From the human T2T-CHM13v2.0 reference genome, Homo sapiens, in the NCBI RefSeq assembly GCF_009914755.1, contig NC_060926.1: DNA of 64,000 bases. One strand, 5' to 3'. Below are positions 29,201 through 42,885 of this stretch, piece by piece. Position 1 is the stretch's first letter; the number at the start of each line of letters is the position of its first letter. The position numbers and the translations under genes are program-made. Below the pieces are notes generated by a model. That model searched no databases. It saw only the letters and a program-made list of their open reading frames with translations, and had not been told where the DNA came from.

Positions 29201-29714
29201 TGAAGCTATTGTAAAGGTAAGATTTTTTTTTCTCCTCAAGTCCTACCCATCCTGACTTTTCAAGTTTGTGGTGTCTCTGATAATCTCTGCTCCTGTTCTT
29301 TGAGACCATCCCCCACACTCTCCACTCTCCAACGTGACACCTGTAAAGTCTCTTCCAGGGATCTGGGGCTGCATTCCAGGGTCTCTTTGCTCTGAGCTCT
29401 CTGAGGCCTCAGACTGTTGTAATAAATCAAATGGCAGGGATCTTCTCCAACATCATCCTTCTTCCTTCTGCTTTCCTATGAGGGCTGAAATTCAATGTGT
29501 TTGCAGAGGACTCCGTGTGAGGGTCTCAAGGGAATTTCCAATTTGGCGCAAGGGAAGGAAGGGAGAGAGAGACTAAAAATTGCTTGATGGCCACCATGTG
29601 CCGGGTGCTCCCAATATAGTCTCAAACTCATGACATCTCCCAGCCAATGGATTCACCCCCTTTACCAGTTCCACCTGGAGCTCCCTCTCCCAGACAAGCA
29701 AAGGCCGTGTTGGG

Positions 29715-29830
29715 GGACTCTGAAGTCAGCTGCCTGCCATTCCATCTCAGGTGTTACCGTGGGAAAGTTGTTTAACCTCTCCGAGCCTCAGTTCCTTCAC
29801 ATGTAAAATGGACCTACAAGTTTCTCACGT
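29715..29830 (+). mobile_element. MIR fragment
   Basis: 'gaaagttgtttaacctctccgagcctcagttccttcacatgtaaaatgg'. Confidence 0.75.
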
Positions 29831-29847
29831 AGGGTTGCCCTGGGGCC

Positions 29848-29999
29848 AGGATTTCCAGATAAAATATAGGATGCCTGGTATAAAAGTTGTATGGGACATA
29901 CTTATACTAAAATATTATTTGTTGCTTATCTGAGATTCAAATCTAACTGGATATCCTAAATTATTATTTATTATTATTTTTGCTAAATCTGACAAACTA
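29848..29999. mobile_element. MER53-like hAT MITE
   Basis: 'ccagataaaatataggatgcc...tgggacatacttatactaaaatattatttgttgcttatctgagattcaaatctaactgg...tgctaaatctgacaa'. Confidence 0.8.
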
Positions 30000-31355
30000 C
30001 CTGAAGTTTAAGTGACACGTGAATGCCAAGGCCTGGCACAGGGCCTAACGCATAGGAGGGTCTCAGTGAGTGACAGCCATTGTTGTTTCTGGGAGTTTCT
30101 GGGAAAGTTATCGAGAAGACTTCAAGGGGAGATGGAGAAGTTTATGGTTTGGTTGGAAATATTGCTGATCCCTTGCAATGTGCAGGTATTATTCAGGAAC
30201 AAGATGGGCAAAACATGAATAGGACAAGCTTTCTGCTCTCCAGGGACTCCCTTGAAGATGTGTCACAACCCCAAGCCAGTATGGTAAGTGTTATAAATGC
30301 AGTACATACCTGTACCAAATGCTACACAGGACAGAGAAGTCACTCACCTGCCAGGGCACTGGAGGCCAGAACTGCCAAGGAAGTGGGCAGGCCTCTCGGG
30401 CAAGCCTTTTGAATGTGGGGCTTGGTGGGGGTGGGCAAGAGGAGAGTTTGAGGTTCTCCAGGTGGTAAGATGTGCATGGTCGGCTCAGGGCTCACGGCCA
30501 GAACGAAGGCAGAGGGGAAGGTGTGAGGTGAGGCGTGTTGGTTGTCAGCGGGGCTGGGCCCATTTTTCATAGACAGTGGGAACTCAGTGTTCTAATTATT
30601 TTTTCTTTTTTCCAGTTTTTAAATATATAAAAATGTCACTAGAATGCTTTTTTCTCTGGACCTCTTTGCTTTAAATTGGACTCTTCTGGGAAGTCCAGTA
30701 GTTCAATCAAGTCCTAGGTGATGGTTTCTCTGTGTTTTCCATGCCAGCAGCCCTGATGGAGAGTGCAGAGGCTCCGAGAATCCACTCTTGCATAAAACGT
30801 TGTCCTCTCCCGCCCCACGCTTGACTTGCCGTCTGGCAGCTCTTTCTCATCTGGGCCATGTCCCGGTGGAGGGATGGGGCAGAAGAGGCCAGACAGCAGG
30901 CTGTGCCCTTGCTCCCTGCTAGCAGACGCGGCCTTGGCCTATTCTGAGCTCAGCAGTTCTGTTTCTCCTGGTTGCTGGACGCGGGCCATGGCATTTGCTG
31001 TGCACTCTGTTATCTGGAACTCTCGGCTCCCTTGGCTCACCCGTCTCCCGCCCTGCGGCATTCTGCATGGCCTGCATTTGACAGGCCCACCCCCTCATTG
31101 CCTGGGGAACCTGCCCACGTGGCATTTAATACTCATAATACTCTTGGTGTGGGGAATGGAGGACAGGGGAGGGTACATAGTGACACAGAGCAGACATTAT
31201 GAGGGAAACTTTGATATATAAGTAAGTGGACAAGGGAGTGTGCAAATATGATCATACACATGTGAGCCATATTTATGTAATCCCATATACACATACATAA
31301 GCATGCATGCACACTCACAAGGTGGATGGATTACTGTGATTACCACTCAAGAACC

Positions 31356-32759
31356 ATTTTGGAAAAACCTCTCAAATCATGTTTTTCCTCTGCTCTCACA
31401 CTGCAACAGCAATCAACAACAGAAGAAGGCTTCTGTGACCAAATGTGTGGGGATTTTCCCCACACACCAAGCAGTGGACACCAGCTGGGTGTCCTCCAAT
31501 TCCCTTCCATCACTGCCTACCAGGAGATAGCATCAGATCCCACAACTTAAGAGCTCAGTCCCACAAGACTGCCTCCCACTTTCCACCAGTCTCAAGTCCA
31601 GGTCTTTGGAACTTCTGACTGACCCACTTCAAGCTGGGGTTCCCAAGACCCCCTCTTTGGGTTCCATTTGCTAGAGTAGCTCACAGAACTTGGGTAAACA
31701 CTTAACAATTATAGGTTTGTTAGAAAGATATTTTAAAGGATACAAATAAACAGCCAGATGAAGAGATACACAGGGCAAGGTCTGGAAGAGTCCGGTCCTC
31801 GTGGAGCTGGGGCAGCCACCCACTCGGCACATGGATGACTACTCCACCTTCCTGTCTGTCTCCACGTGCTCAGCTCTCTGAACACTGTCCTCTTGGGTTT
31901 TCTCTCCCTTCCTTCCTGCCTTCCTTCCTTCCTTCCTCTTTCCTTCTTCTTTCCTTTTCCCTTCCTTTCGTTTCCTTTTCTTTTTTCTTTTCCTTTCTCT
32001 TTCTTTCTTTTTCTTTTCTTTCCTTCTTTCCTTCCTTCCTCCTTTCTTTTCCTGTCCTTTCCTTCCTTTTATTTTCCTTTCCTTTTCTTTCTCTTTCTCT
32101 TTCTCTCTTTCTTTCTTTATTTCTCTCTCTCTCTCTTGCTCTGTCACTCAGGCTGGAGTGCAGTGGCACAATCTCAGCTCACTGCAACCCCCACCTCCCA
32201 GGTTCAAGCGATCCTCCTGAGCAGCTGGGACCACAGGCACAAGCCATCATGCCCAGCTAATTTTTGTATTTCTTTTGGTGGAGATGGGGTTTTGCCATGT
32301 TGCCCAGGTTGGTCTTGAACTCCTGGGCTAAAGTGATCCACCCACCTTGGCCTCCCAAAGTGCCGGGATTACTGGTGTGAGCCAACATACCTGGCCCGTC
32401 TTGGGTTTTTATGGAGCCTTCATTACATGGCATGACTGACAACCATGTAGAAATGTGATTGGGCAAAAAGAACACAATCTAAACCCAGCAAGACCTGCCC
32501 GTTCAGACTTTTCCTAGCCTCTCTGTGCAGCATTTCTTCCTTTAGGGGCTGGGGCAGGACCTGCTCTGAAATGAAGGTCTTTTGACCCACAATCGGATTA
32601 GAGTCCCGCCTTGGGCAGGAGAAAGGAGAACAGGAAAAACTCAGAGAGAGGGACGTTGTCTCCTGAGGCCTAACGCTCCCAACATTATAACAAGGACTAT
32701 GAGAGTGATGAGCCAGGAACCATGAATGAAAACCTATGCATATGTATCATAACACCACA
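31356..32759 (-). mobile_element. MER21-family solo LTR, interrupted by an Alu
   Basis: 'cttctgtgaccaaatgtgtggggattttccccacacaccaagcagtggacaccagctgggtgtcc'; ends 'tatgtatcataacaccaca'. Confidence 0.85.
31902..32396 (-). mobile_element. AluJ-like with tail expanded to ~235 bp of (CCTT)/(CTTT)/(CT)n
   Basis: Alu body 32137-32396. Flanking direct repeat tcttgggtttt at 31891-31901 and 32399-32409. Confidence 0.9.
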
Positions 32760-33637
32760 GGCACATAAGCAGAGAGAAAAATGCCTAGAAAGATATTGAA
32801 AATATATCCAATAAGGTATAAATGTAAATAGCAGTGGTTAGATTATGAGTGACTTTAATTTTCCCTTCCAATTTAGCTGTATTTTCTAGTTTTTCTGAAA
32901 TGAATATGTATTATACAATAAAAAGTAATACAAAAAGAAAAAACAAGTTATTTTCTACAGTATCTCATAGAAATCAGAGCACTGCTTTTGTGAGCATAAT
33001 TTTGTCAGTGAGCCCAAGGGGGTGGCATGAGAGTGTGAAGTGGGGTCTGCAGCAGGCAGCATGGCCACTTGCTGGCTGGTCTCCACCAGCCCTTCATCTC
33101 TCTTGGCAGCTGGTCTGGAGTCTAAACTAGGCCCTGCATTGAACTCTGTGGCCCTCAGTCTCCTCCACGTAAAATGAGAGGATTCAGCTAACATCCCAGG
33201 GATGGCAAATCAGAGATGGTATGTGAGCTGAAACTTCTCACTGATTCCTTGGGAAAGATCCAGGTTCCTCATGAAAGACGGCCGTAATTGATTATGATAT
33301 CTGCTATGGCAACCCAGGGCAAGGGGTGCCACCAACCCTCCCAGCTCAGCAGGCAGCAGCAGCCCCGCCCTCCTGGGCTCCCCTGACCTTCCTTCAGTGC
33401 CTCAATTATAGCTGTCATTGTGTTTAGCAATTATACAGTGGGAGTTCTGTTGTGTTTATTTTTAAATTGCCAATACCAGACATAGGAATAAATGAATGAT
33501 GAATGGATTACTCAGAAAACAATTACTAAATGTGAACGCAATTGCTAAACAAAGGTGTGCAGTTTTCCAAGGTACTGGAGGTCTTTGTTTAGACACATCA
33601 ATTCTGCTTTATTACTTTACCATCTAAAGCATGCCAG

Positions 33638-33747
33638 GTTGTAAATGACAGTGTAAATCTCCATGACAATGTCAATGTCAATGTCAATGTAAATCTCCAT
33701 GACAATGTCAATGTCAATGTCAATGTCAATGTAAATCTCCATGACAG
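33638..33747. repeat. Short nested tandem repeat: three copies of gtaaatctccatgaca separated by (caatgt)n
   Basis: Read directly from the sequence. Confidence 0.9.
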
Positions 33748-34668
33748 TGCTGTCATGGAGACAGCACTGGCTGCCAGTCTGCCATTCATCTTTACCATGT
33801 TTGGACTCTCCTTTTATGGTGTAGTGGGTAGAGCACCATGAAGTGTGTGGATCCAGGCTGCGCCCCCTTTTGGCTGGGTTATCTTCAGCACATCACTTTA
33901 ACTTCCTTGGGCCTCAGGCTTTCTTGTTTATCAAGGTCCCTTCTGGCTTCAGAAACTCCATGCCCTTGAGTTGGCTCTCAGCCTCTGCAGAACTCAGATT
34001 GGGGCTATTCTGATGGGAGGTCATTTGTACCTGAAAATTCGAGCAGACTTTGGAGACCCTCACGTCCTACTCTTCCTCCCACATCTTGCACTCATCTTTT
34101 CCAAGGAGACTTCTGCCATGCCAGATCTGGAGGTGTCCGCCTCCCTTCTCCTCCCCTCCCTTCCCTCTCACTCTCCCCAGTATCTGTCCTTTTCTCCTCT
34201 TTCCTTTTACCTATGGCCCTACTCCACCCTGCCAAGGGCCCCCATGTGCCTTCCTCTCCTCCAGTCCCAGTGGGGAGTTATTCTTGTCCTTCTACCTGTT
34301 CCAGCAGGGTCCTCCAGAATCCTATCCCCATACCACCTCATCTCCTCAGGCCCCCCAACAAAGGTGCTCTGAGCTGACTCCTTATCATGGTAGCCGGTTG
34401 TGGCACCTCTCCCTCTGCTGAGGGACAGGCACCTGGATACTGTCTGGTTGAGAAAAAACAGCCCTGTCCAGCAGCTCCAACTACTGTCTTCCAGTGTCTG
34501 ATGCACGATGATGGGAACTGAGCCATGTGCAGTGGCCAAGAGCTTCTCATATTCACAGGCTGTACCCGAACTATCCACCCAGGACTGCAGAGGCCTCCTC
34601 AGAGGCTGCCACCTGGCCCCCACCCCAGCTTAGCTGGCCTCATGTTTGTTAGAGGTGTTTCCACATGA

Positions 34669-34976
<308 letters not shown>

Positions 34977-36319
34977 ATAAAATAGATTTTCAAGACCCTC
35001 AAGGATGCTGGGGCAGGTTCAGCAGCTGGGCGACCAATATCCTTTCTAGGCTCCTCCTGAGAAGTGGCTAAGCCTCCAGCCTGCAGGGTGGTGTGAGTAA
35101 ATGGGAGCTGGCAGGTGGGCACAGGGCTCCCAATCCCCCTAAATCCTGAGCAGGAGGGGATCCCAGAGACAGAGGGAACACAATGAGCACCCACCTGGCC
35201 CGGGACACAGAAGCTTCTAGAAGAGCAGAAAATATGGCCCAGCACATGGCATTGTTTGGAGGCAATGAGAAAGCCCTGTCATGTGCCCACCTCCACCTAC
35301 TGTCTTGGACCTTCCTGAGACATGGAGACTGGAAAGCCTTGTGGGCACGGTACGGATTTTTAAGTGGCTTGAGCGGGCAGGAGGCCCAGGGTTGTTGGGG
35401 AGGCCTCTTCCCCATTGGCGCTGGGCCCTTCATCAGCGATTCTGCTCCCCAGCAGAAAATGACCAGGGGCTCCCTCCCCACACTGGTGGCGTCTGTGGCT
35501 GTGCTGGAGACAAGTTGAAGGAGCCACGCCTTGCATCCCTGGAGCCTGACTGTGCCCAAAGGTCCTCCCAGCCTTGCTCTGAACTGGCTCACCACTCAAA
35601 CCTGCATTACTCACAGGCCGTGCCATCCCCTCTGCCTGGGACAGGAAGCAGAGCCTCCCTGCCATCATCAGCTGATTGCCAAGCGCCAGACCTGAGCCTG
35701 ACCCAAGTGTTGCCATAACACAGGGGCTGTGGCTGTGCCCTTGTCCCAGAGGAAGAAGATGAGGCCTTGACAGGCAGGCGATGGGTCCAAGGCCACACCA
35801 CTGGTGGGTTGCAGGGCAAGGCTGGAACCCAGGTCTTGCTGATTCAGATCAGAAGTTAACGCCTACACTGACCAGAGTCAAACACAGAGCTGGTATGTCT
35901 CATAGAAAAGGCACAGATTCCTTGTCATTACAAACACTCTGGTTAATGCTCAGATTTTTGATATATCCTGCATGAACCATTTCAGCTCAAGGAACCATGA
36001 GTCCAGTGTTAAAAATTATGCAGGAATAAGAGTGACAGATTCTAGACCAAAGACCTGGATTTTAGTTGACTGATTTGCCTTTAGGTGTGGGCCCTTTGGT
36101 GTTATTAATGGGGGTGTCTCACATTGGGACTAGAAGGGTGGGCTTTGGAGTCTGCCCAGACTCTTCTAGGCCTCTGTCTTCTTCTGGGAGAGAGGAAAAA
36201 GTAGCATCAGTGCTCTCATCGGGTGAGGAGGAAATGAGCAAATGTGTGTGAGATGCTCAGGCCTGCCCAGGATGGACTATGGCTGTTAATATTATTAGTA
36301 GTATTAAATGCAATGGCCT

Positions 36320-36420
36320 GAGGCCAATCACTTAACCTCCATAAGCTTCCATTTCCTCATCTGCAAAATAGGGAAAGAAAAATTGCTGCTGCACTTGATT
36401 GCTGTGAGGTTCAAAAGGAA
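36320..36420 (+). mobile_element. MIR fragment
   Basis: 'caatcacttaacctccataagcttccatttcctcatctgcaaaataggg'. Confidence 0.75.
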
Positions 36421-38562
36421 AACCTCTGTATGCTGTAAATAATTACACCAGCCCTTGCAACCAATTAAAATCTTCTCCCTGCTTTAAATGGCTTGATTAG
36501 ACACTCACTGTTTTCCAAGGCTGAGCATTATTGGGCATTGGCGTGTAGTTTTTAAAGGAAGTGTCTGGACAATTGTGTCTGAGAATGCAGTCTCCTCTCA
36601 CTCTCAGCTCCTTGGAGTTGGTCTCCTTCTCATGGGCTACATAGTGCATTGTGACCAATGGAGAATACACACCTTTGGGAGAATTTGCGGGCAGGGCCAT
36701 TTTCAGCCAGTACGATGTCTTTGTGCAAATACAGAAGGGACCTCCTTCCCTGGGACATACAGAGAACATGGGCATGCATGCAAGCTGGATTTCAGCGCCC
36801 TCCTACCCCACTGACCATCTCCCTCCTGTGAATGGCAGCCCTGTGTGCACATAATCTGCACCTAGGTTGCAAACTTCAGTGTCCTTGGGGACAGGCAGAC
36901 GGTGTCAGTGGACGTGAGTGAAGTCACCTGGGTGTGAGGCAGTAGGAAGGGTGGGGACTACAGCCAACTGAAGCGCCCAGTCCAGGAGTTGTGGGAGCAG
37001 CTGTGACCAGCTCCAGGTGGCACTGCCAGGTGCAGGTCCAGGAAGGCCAGGCCTTTCCATTTATCTAGAGAAATCTAGATATCTATATAAAGTTTTCCTG
37101 CTTTTGAAAATTACTGTGCACGTCAGAAAAACACATCTTCGGGTGGAATATCGTGTGTGGGTCACAGCTGCCCACCTGCTCTATGCAAAGCCCAGTCACA
37201 ATCTGAATCCTGACACCAGTGAGAGGGGAGGTGCCTCCCTCTTCCCCTCCTTTCTCCTTGTCTTCTCGCCTTCCTTTCCCTCCTTGACCACCTCCTCTGA
37301 CCCAACCCCAAGGCCTGTGGGCTTCCCTCTCCCTGCCTCAGTTCTCTCTGTTCATGGCCTCCCCTCGGACAACCACACCACCTATCGAAAAACTCTTTGC
37401 CCACATCCTCCCTCTTTCCGCCAGATGCTCTCAACCCCCACCCAGCATTAGATCGCTCCCTCCTGACTGCCAGCTCCTTGAAGCCAAGAGACCTTGCCTG
37501 ACGTGGAATCTGTTAGTTTAAGATATTTCTCTATGAGCAGATCCAAACTCCTCAGCCTGCTCTCTGTGACCCACCTCCCACTGTCTCCCAGGACCCTGGA
37601 GCACCTGCTCACTGCTCTCATTGAAGTTATTCTCTGAGCAAAGCCTGACCGTCTTGCTTCTGTGCCTTCATTTTAGTTGTGCTCATTACCTATGATTCCC
37701 TTCTTCTCTTGTCGACCAGCCCTGCAAAACTTAACATTTAATTGCCTTAATTCTTCCACTGAATGTCCATGAACAACCTGGCTTCCCTTTCCCAGAATCC
37801 TGCTGTTGAGAGAAGGATTCAGGATTGGACCCCAGGAATTTCTTACAGTGGCAGTTATTACCTCTCCAGGGACATAGCCTTTTACCAACTGGAAGTTGCT
37901 GGGTGCAGCAGACAGATTTGCATTCTTTGTAGTACTTTGTAGTACTATTTGTCCTGCATACAGCCAGTGGTCACCAAGAACTTAATTCTCACCTAGTGAT
38001 TTCCATCATTTTTTCTTTCAAGTATCTAGAGGGCCCAAAGTAGCAGCTATGTTTCCTAAATTCAGGAAGCACCACTCCTCTCTGTTGTCTCTTATCCCAT
38101 ATCCTCCGGTGCTGTGTTTCCACGGGATCTTTCCTGGGTGTGCAGGAGGAGCCACGGACTTACCCTTGGGGGGTGAGTGTGGCCTTGTGTTTTGCTGTTG
38201 TTTTTGAGTATGCAAGTTCCTGTTCAAGAAAAGACCTTTCCAAAACAACCAGGTGTGCCAAGACCGTGCTGGACACACCAGCTAGCTGCTTGCACACCCA
38301 TCAGGCCACTGCTGCAGCTACTGACCCGGGGATACCCGGGCAACCAATACCAACTGCCCAAAAAGGCCAGCAGGCAAGTGGATCCCCCCACCCCCAAGTA
38401 TGTCCATAGCCAGGGCCATGTTTTGGGACCCCAGAGAGAATCTCTTCCCTGGTCTTACCCTTCATTTCTCCACTCTCTGTTTTCATCTTTCCATAATCAA
38501 GTGAGGGAGTGATGAGATTGGCTCCCAGTCCCTCAGGCTTCTGCACAAGACAGGCCTGTTCC

Positions 38563-38836
38563 CAGGTGGCTGTTCTGCAGAAAATTCGCATCTTAAGATT
38601 GTAAAAGGTGTTACTGGAATAAAAGGATTCTGTGGTCAAAGAAGTTTGGAAAACATTAACTTAAACAAAAGTTCATCAGGTTTCTTTACTGCAGGACTTC
38701 TCAGAGCCTTTAATGCACTGTGGTTCCCCAAGGGGGTGCCAGGTCACAGAGCATTTTTCAGCCTTTTGCAACTGTGAAATTCATTTGTTCAAGGGGCATC
38801 TGGAGTGGATGGTGACGAATGCACTCTGGGAGATGT
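38563..38836 (+). mobile_element. Old hAT-Charlie-type DNA transposon remnant
   Basis: 'tgtggtcaaagaagtttggaaaac...gtttctttactgcaggacttctcagagcctttaatg'. Confidence 0.5.
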
Positions 38837-39316
38837 GGTTGTGCAGGACACACAGCCGGCACTCAGACCCGGGCCTGCCCACAGCACTGGCTCCTCATGT
38901 GGCCAGGCCCTCTGCCCCTCACTGAGCCTTGCCGGCTTTGCTGTAATTGTATTCCCATATGTGTCCCGTCTGGCTTGATACAACTCTGGCCACCGACTTC
39001 CGGAATATTCCAAGGCCTAGCCCAGGCCTGTGTGTCCTGAGATTACCTCTCGTTGCTGGCAGCCATCTCTATGAATTCAGGAACGAAAATCACAAAGCCA
39101 GTGGCAGGGCTGGCAGGCCTGACAAGTCGGTAGGGACCATGCTTTGCCCTTTGTCTGCCCCATGCTCCTGGCTCGGCCAGGAGGCCTCAGGGATCTAGGA
39201 ATCCAGTCTCTCTGGGTTCACACCACCAGACATTCAAAGCAGAACAAAACACAGTTTCACAATGACTTCGAGAAGTCTGACACGGGTGGACCTTAAATTG
39301 CCACCCCATGATTTTA

Positions 39317-39514
39317 ACTATTATTTTCTTTGATTCTAAGATGTCATCAATTGTACGACACACCATTGTTTTAAGAACAGCTTGTAGGGGGTGAACAAAA
39401 ATGAAAGAAAAAAGAAACACCACATGTAGTGTACCGACTAATTGTAAGACACATCCTGATTTCAGAATAATTAAAATTTGAACAATTGTGTGCCTTGGAA
39501 TTGAGGAAATACAC
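39317..39514. mobile_element. TcMar-Tc2 MITE (MER104/Kanga-like)
   Basis: Inverted ends 'tattttctttgattctaagatg' ... 'gccttggaattgaggaaatac'; internal 'taagacacatcctgatttcaga'. Confidence 0.65.
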
Positions 39515-41339
39515 TATTTCTACAGGTCGGGGTTGGCTTCCTTTTTCATTGCTGCTGAGGAAGCTGAGATGCAGGCTCCAAGCAAGAAGTCAGGAGACTG
39601 GGGTGCTGGGCAGGTGTTTGATCTCAAAAAGAAGTCATTGAAGTAGCATGTGGTCAAGCCTGTGCCAGGTTAGGAGGTGCTGGGGTGAAGCTTGCCCTGC
39701 CTTTACCCTCTAGTGTGTGGCTGTTTATCCTGTCAAGAGGTAACGTGTCTCCTACAGCTTCCCAGAAGGCAAGGTGGTGTGTGCGCCTGTGTTTTGTAGC
39801 TGTCAGAAATAGCTGGACCATTCAAGTGTATGTGAAACCAGCTCTGTAAGCTGTGAAATGGAGCATCATTCTTTTTTTTTCTGCAATGGCATAAACATCG
39901 CCACTAATTCCTAAAGATACAATGAAAACAGAAATGTATTAAGAGTATTTTGGAATGACTCTGAGCTGATGACAACCCTTCACTAGCTCACATCATAGGG
40001 GGACTCACTCACCTCTTCTTCATCCAAGGAATCCCACCTCCTGCTTCCTGGGTGGAGTTTCCTGGGTGAACCCCAGGAGGAGGGAATCTCCACCGAGGTG
40101 GTGATGTTTGAGCTGGTTCTTAGAAAACAGGGGCAATGATGGGGCAGAAGATATTCAACAGAGGAACTGGGGCTGGAGATAAATTGAGGAGCAATGAGAA
40201 GTTTGCTGCGAGGGCACGTGAGCTGGGAGGTGGGAGGTGAAGCCCGAGCAGGATTGGAGTTAGGCTGATGGTCTATACCACCTTCTCACTGAGTGATTTT
40301 TACATCTTGTTTTCAACAAATCAGCAAAGACACTTTAAATGCTGTCATGAGCTGGCTGCAAGTGTTCAAGTGGTGCCACCAATGCTCTTGGTTGTGCCCG
40401 GATCGCGTGCTCCAGAGCAGAGCTCCTGTGCAGCCTGTTACCATGCCCCATGCCCTCCACCTCAGGAGGCTGGGCTCGGTGTTCCTCCTGCTGGCACCTG
40501 CTTCCCCCGGGCACAGGCATGGCTAATTTCACTCAGGTCTGGGCCGGCTTCCTTCCCGAACCTCTTACTGTTAAACATGCTCTCCTCATTCTGTCTCCCC
40601 TATCGTGCCTGTTACCCCGTGTGACACTTGTCATTCATTTGTTTCATTTTTATAATGTGAACTCTGTGGTGGCTTTGCTCAGTCCTGTCTCCGCTGTGCT
40701 CAGAATGTGGCCTGACACTTAGCAGAGGCTCTGTGTTGATTGTTGCTATAGAATGACACTGTTCTCTGAGTTCTTCCACATGTATTACTTTGTTTGATTC
40801 TCATTCCTTTTCTGATTTGTGGATGTAAAAATTATCTAAAAGACGATAAAAGAATTACCCACGATAGTTATTGCACAAGGAGGGAGAGGGACACGCAACC
40901 CCACGCTCTCCCCGCTACAGCGTTAACCTTCAGGATGACACCACCCTCGACACTCACTTCATGATGGCCTGCACATCTGACCTTGTGCAGGAGCCCGCAG
41001 CGTGGGATTGAGCAGCCTCCTGCTCCAACCAGCTGACTGCCCCTCAGAGGGGACTGAGGTGACAAAACAGGATCCCATCATTTGGTAAACAGGACTCAAG
41101 CATGAAGTCTGAGGGGTGTGGGGAGGTGCAGGGTGGGTAGCAAATGGCTGTGAAAAGCAAGAGACTTTCCACGGGCAAAGCTAAGTCTAGATGTACCCAG
41201 ATTAGCGACTTTTCCTTAAAAGGTTTTTCCAGCCAGGAGCAAGGGACTGGGTGAATCATCCCTAAGACGGGTGACAGGAGGCAGGAATAAAGCATGAATA
41301 AAGCATCAGGAAGGGACTAGGATTTAAAACTGGCCCCTC

Positions 41340-41974
41340 AATGCTTCTACACTGCTGGTGAGAATGTAAGTTAGTTCAGCCACTGTGGAAAGCTGTCTGG
41401 AGAGTTCTCAAATAACTTAAACTAGAACTACCATTTGACCTAGCAATCCCATTTACTGGGTATATGCCCAAAGGAATACAAAATATTCTACCATAAAGAC
41501 ACACACAGGCATATATTCATCACAGCACTGTTCACAATAGCAAAGACCTAGATGCCCATCGATGGTGGATTGGATAAAGAAAATGTGGTGCATATACACC
41601 ATGGAATACTGTGCAGCCACAGAAACGAATGAAATCATGTCCATTACAGCAACATGGATAGAGCTGGAGGCCATTATCCTAAACAAATTAATGCAGGAAC
41701 AGAAAACTAAATACTGCATGTTCTTACTTATAAGTGGGGGCTCAACATTGAGTAGACATGGACATAAAGATGGGAGCAGAGGACACTGGGGACTCCTGGT
41801 GGGGGGAGGATGGGAGGAGGGTGAAGACAGAAAAACTACCTATTGGGTATTACGCTGATTACCTGGGTGACAAAATTATTTGTATACCAAAACCCCATGA
41901 TATGCAATTTACTCATGTAACAAACCTGCACACCTACCCCTTGAACCTAAAATAAAAGTTGGAAATAAAAAAAA
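41340..41974 (+). mobile_element. 5'-truncated L1 (L1PA15/16-like) 3' end
   Basis: ORF2 tail 'WIKKMWCIYTMEYCAA', 3'UTR and polyA. TSD aaaactggc(c/t)cctc at 41326-41339 and 41975-41988. Confidence 0.93.
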
Positions 41975-42458
41975 AAAACTGGCTCCTCTATCTGGGCTCC
42001 TCTCCCTTCTTAAGTCCTAGGAGAGTTGGCCAACGAGGCCCTGAGTCCAGACACGCCCCACCTTGGCCCAGTGTCCACCTGCACCTGCTCACATTCCCAT
42101 GTGCCACCATTCCTTGATGCAGCTCACTCTCTAGACCAGTGGCTCCCAGCCACTGGGGTGCATGAGAGTCTCCTGAGGAGCCGAGGTACATGTGTGCTCA
42201 AGTCAGCATCCAGACCCACTGGGTCCAGTCTCCAGGCTGGCCCAGTTTGAGAGGTGGGTTTAGAGAGTTTCTCTGCAATAGCACTGGGAATACCTACTGC
42301 TGATGGAGCACCTAGATGGATGCTTAGACTCAGAGGTGACTCGGAGGGCTTCACAGACATAATCATAAAGATCCTTTGAACACTGAGGCTCATGAAGGTC
42401 AAGTCACTCTCCCAAAGTCACTCAGCTGAGAATAGCACTAGGATAAGAACCCCTTATT

Positions 42459-42885
42459 TTATTTTATTTTTTGAGACGGAGTCTCGTTCTGTCATCCAGG
42501 CTGGAGTGCAGTAGCGCAGTCGGCTCACTGCAACCTCCACCTCCCAAGTTCAAGCAATTCTCCTGCCTCAGCCTCCCGAGTAGCTGGGATTACAGGCATG
42601 TGCCACCATGCCTGGCTACTTTTTTTGTATTTTTAGTAGAGACGGGGTTTCACTATGTTGGCCAGGCTGGTCTCGAACTTCTGACCTCGTGATCCACCCG
42701 CCTTGGCCTCCCAGAGTGCTGGGATTACAGGTGCATGCCACCATGCCCGGCTACTTTTTTGTATTTTTGGTAGAGATGGGGTTTCACCATACTGGCCAGG
42801 CTGGTCTCGAACTCCTGACCTCATGATCGGCCCACCTCAGCCTCCCAAAGTGCTAGGATTACAGGCATGAGCCACCACGCCAGGC
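42459..42885 (-). mobile_element. AluS-like with a duplicated left monomer (trimeric)
   Basis: Single TSD aagaaccccttatt (42445-42458 and 42886-42899) around a right monomer plus two left monomers. Confidence 0.9.

Noticed and set aside
31835-32318. Phe/Ser/Leu-rich and Lys/Arg/Glu-rich ORFs
   Set aside because: Translations of the pyrimidine tract and the adjoining Alu
35068-35718. Overlapping 111-175 aa ORFs on both strands
   Set aside because: No recognisable protein family; overlapping open frames are expected in GC-rich non-coding sequence
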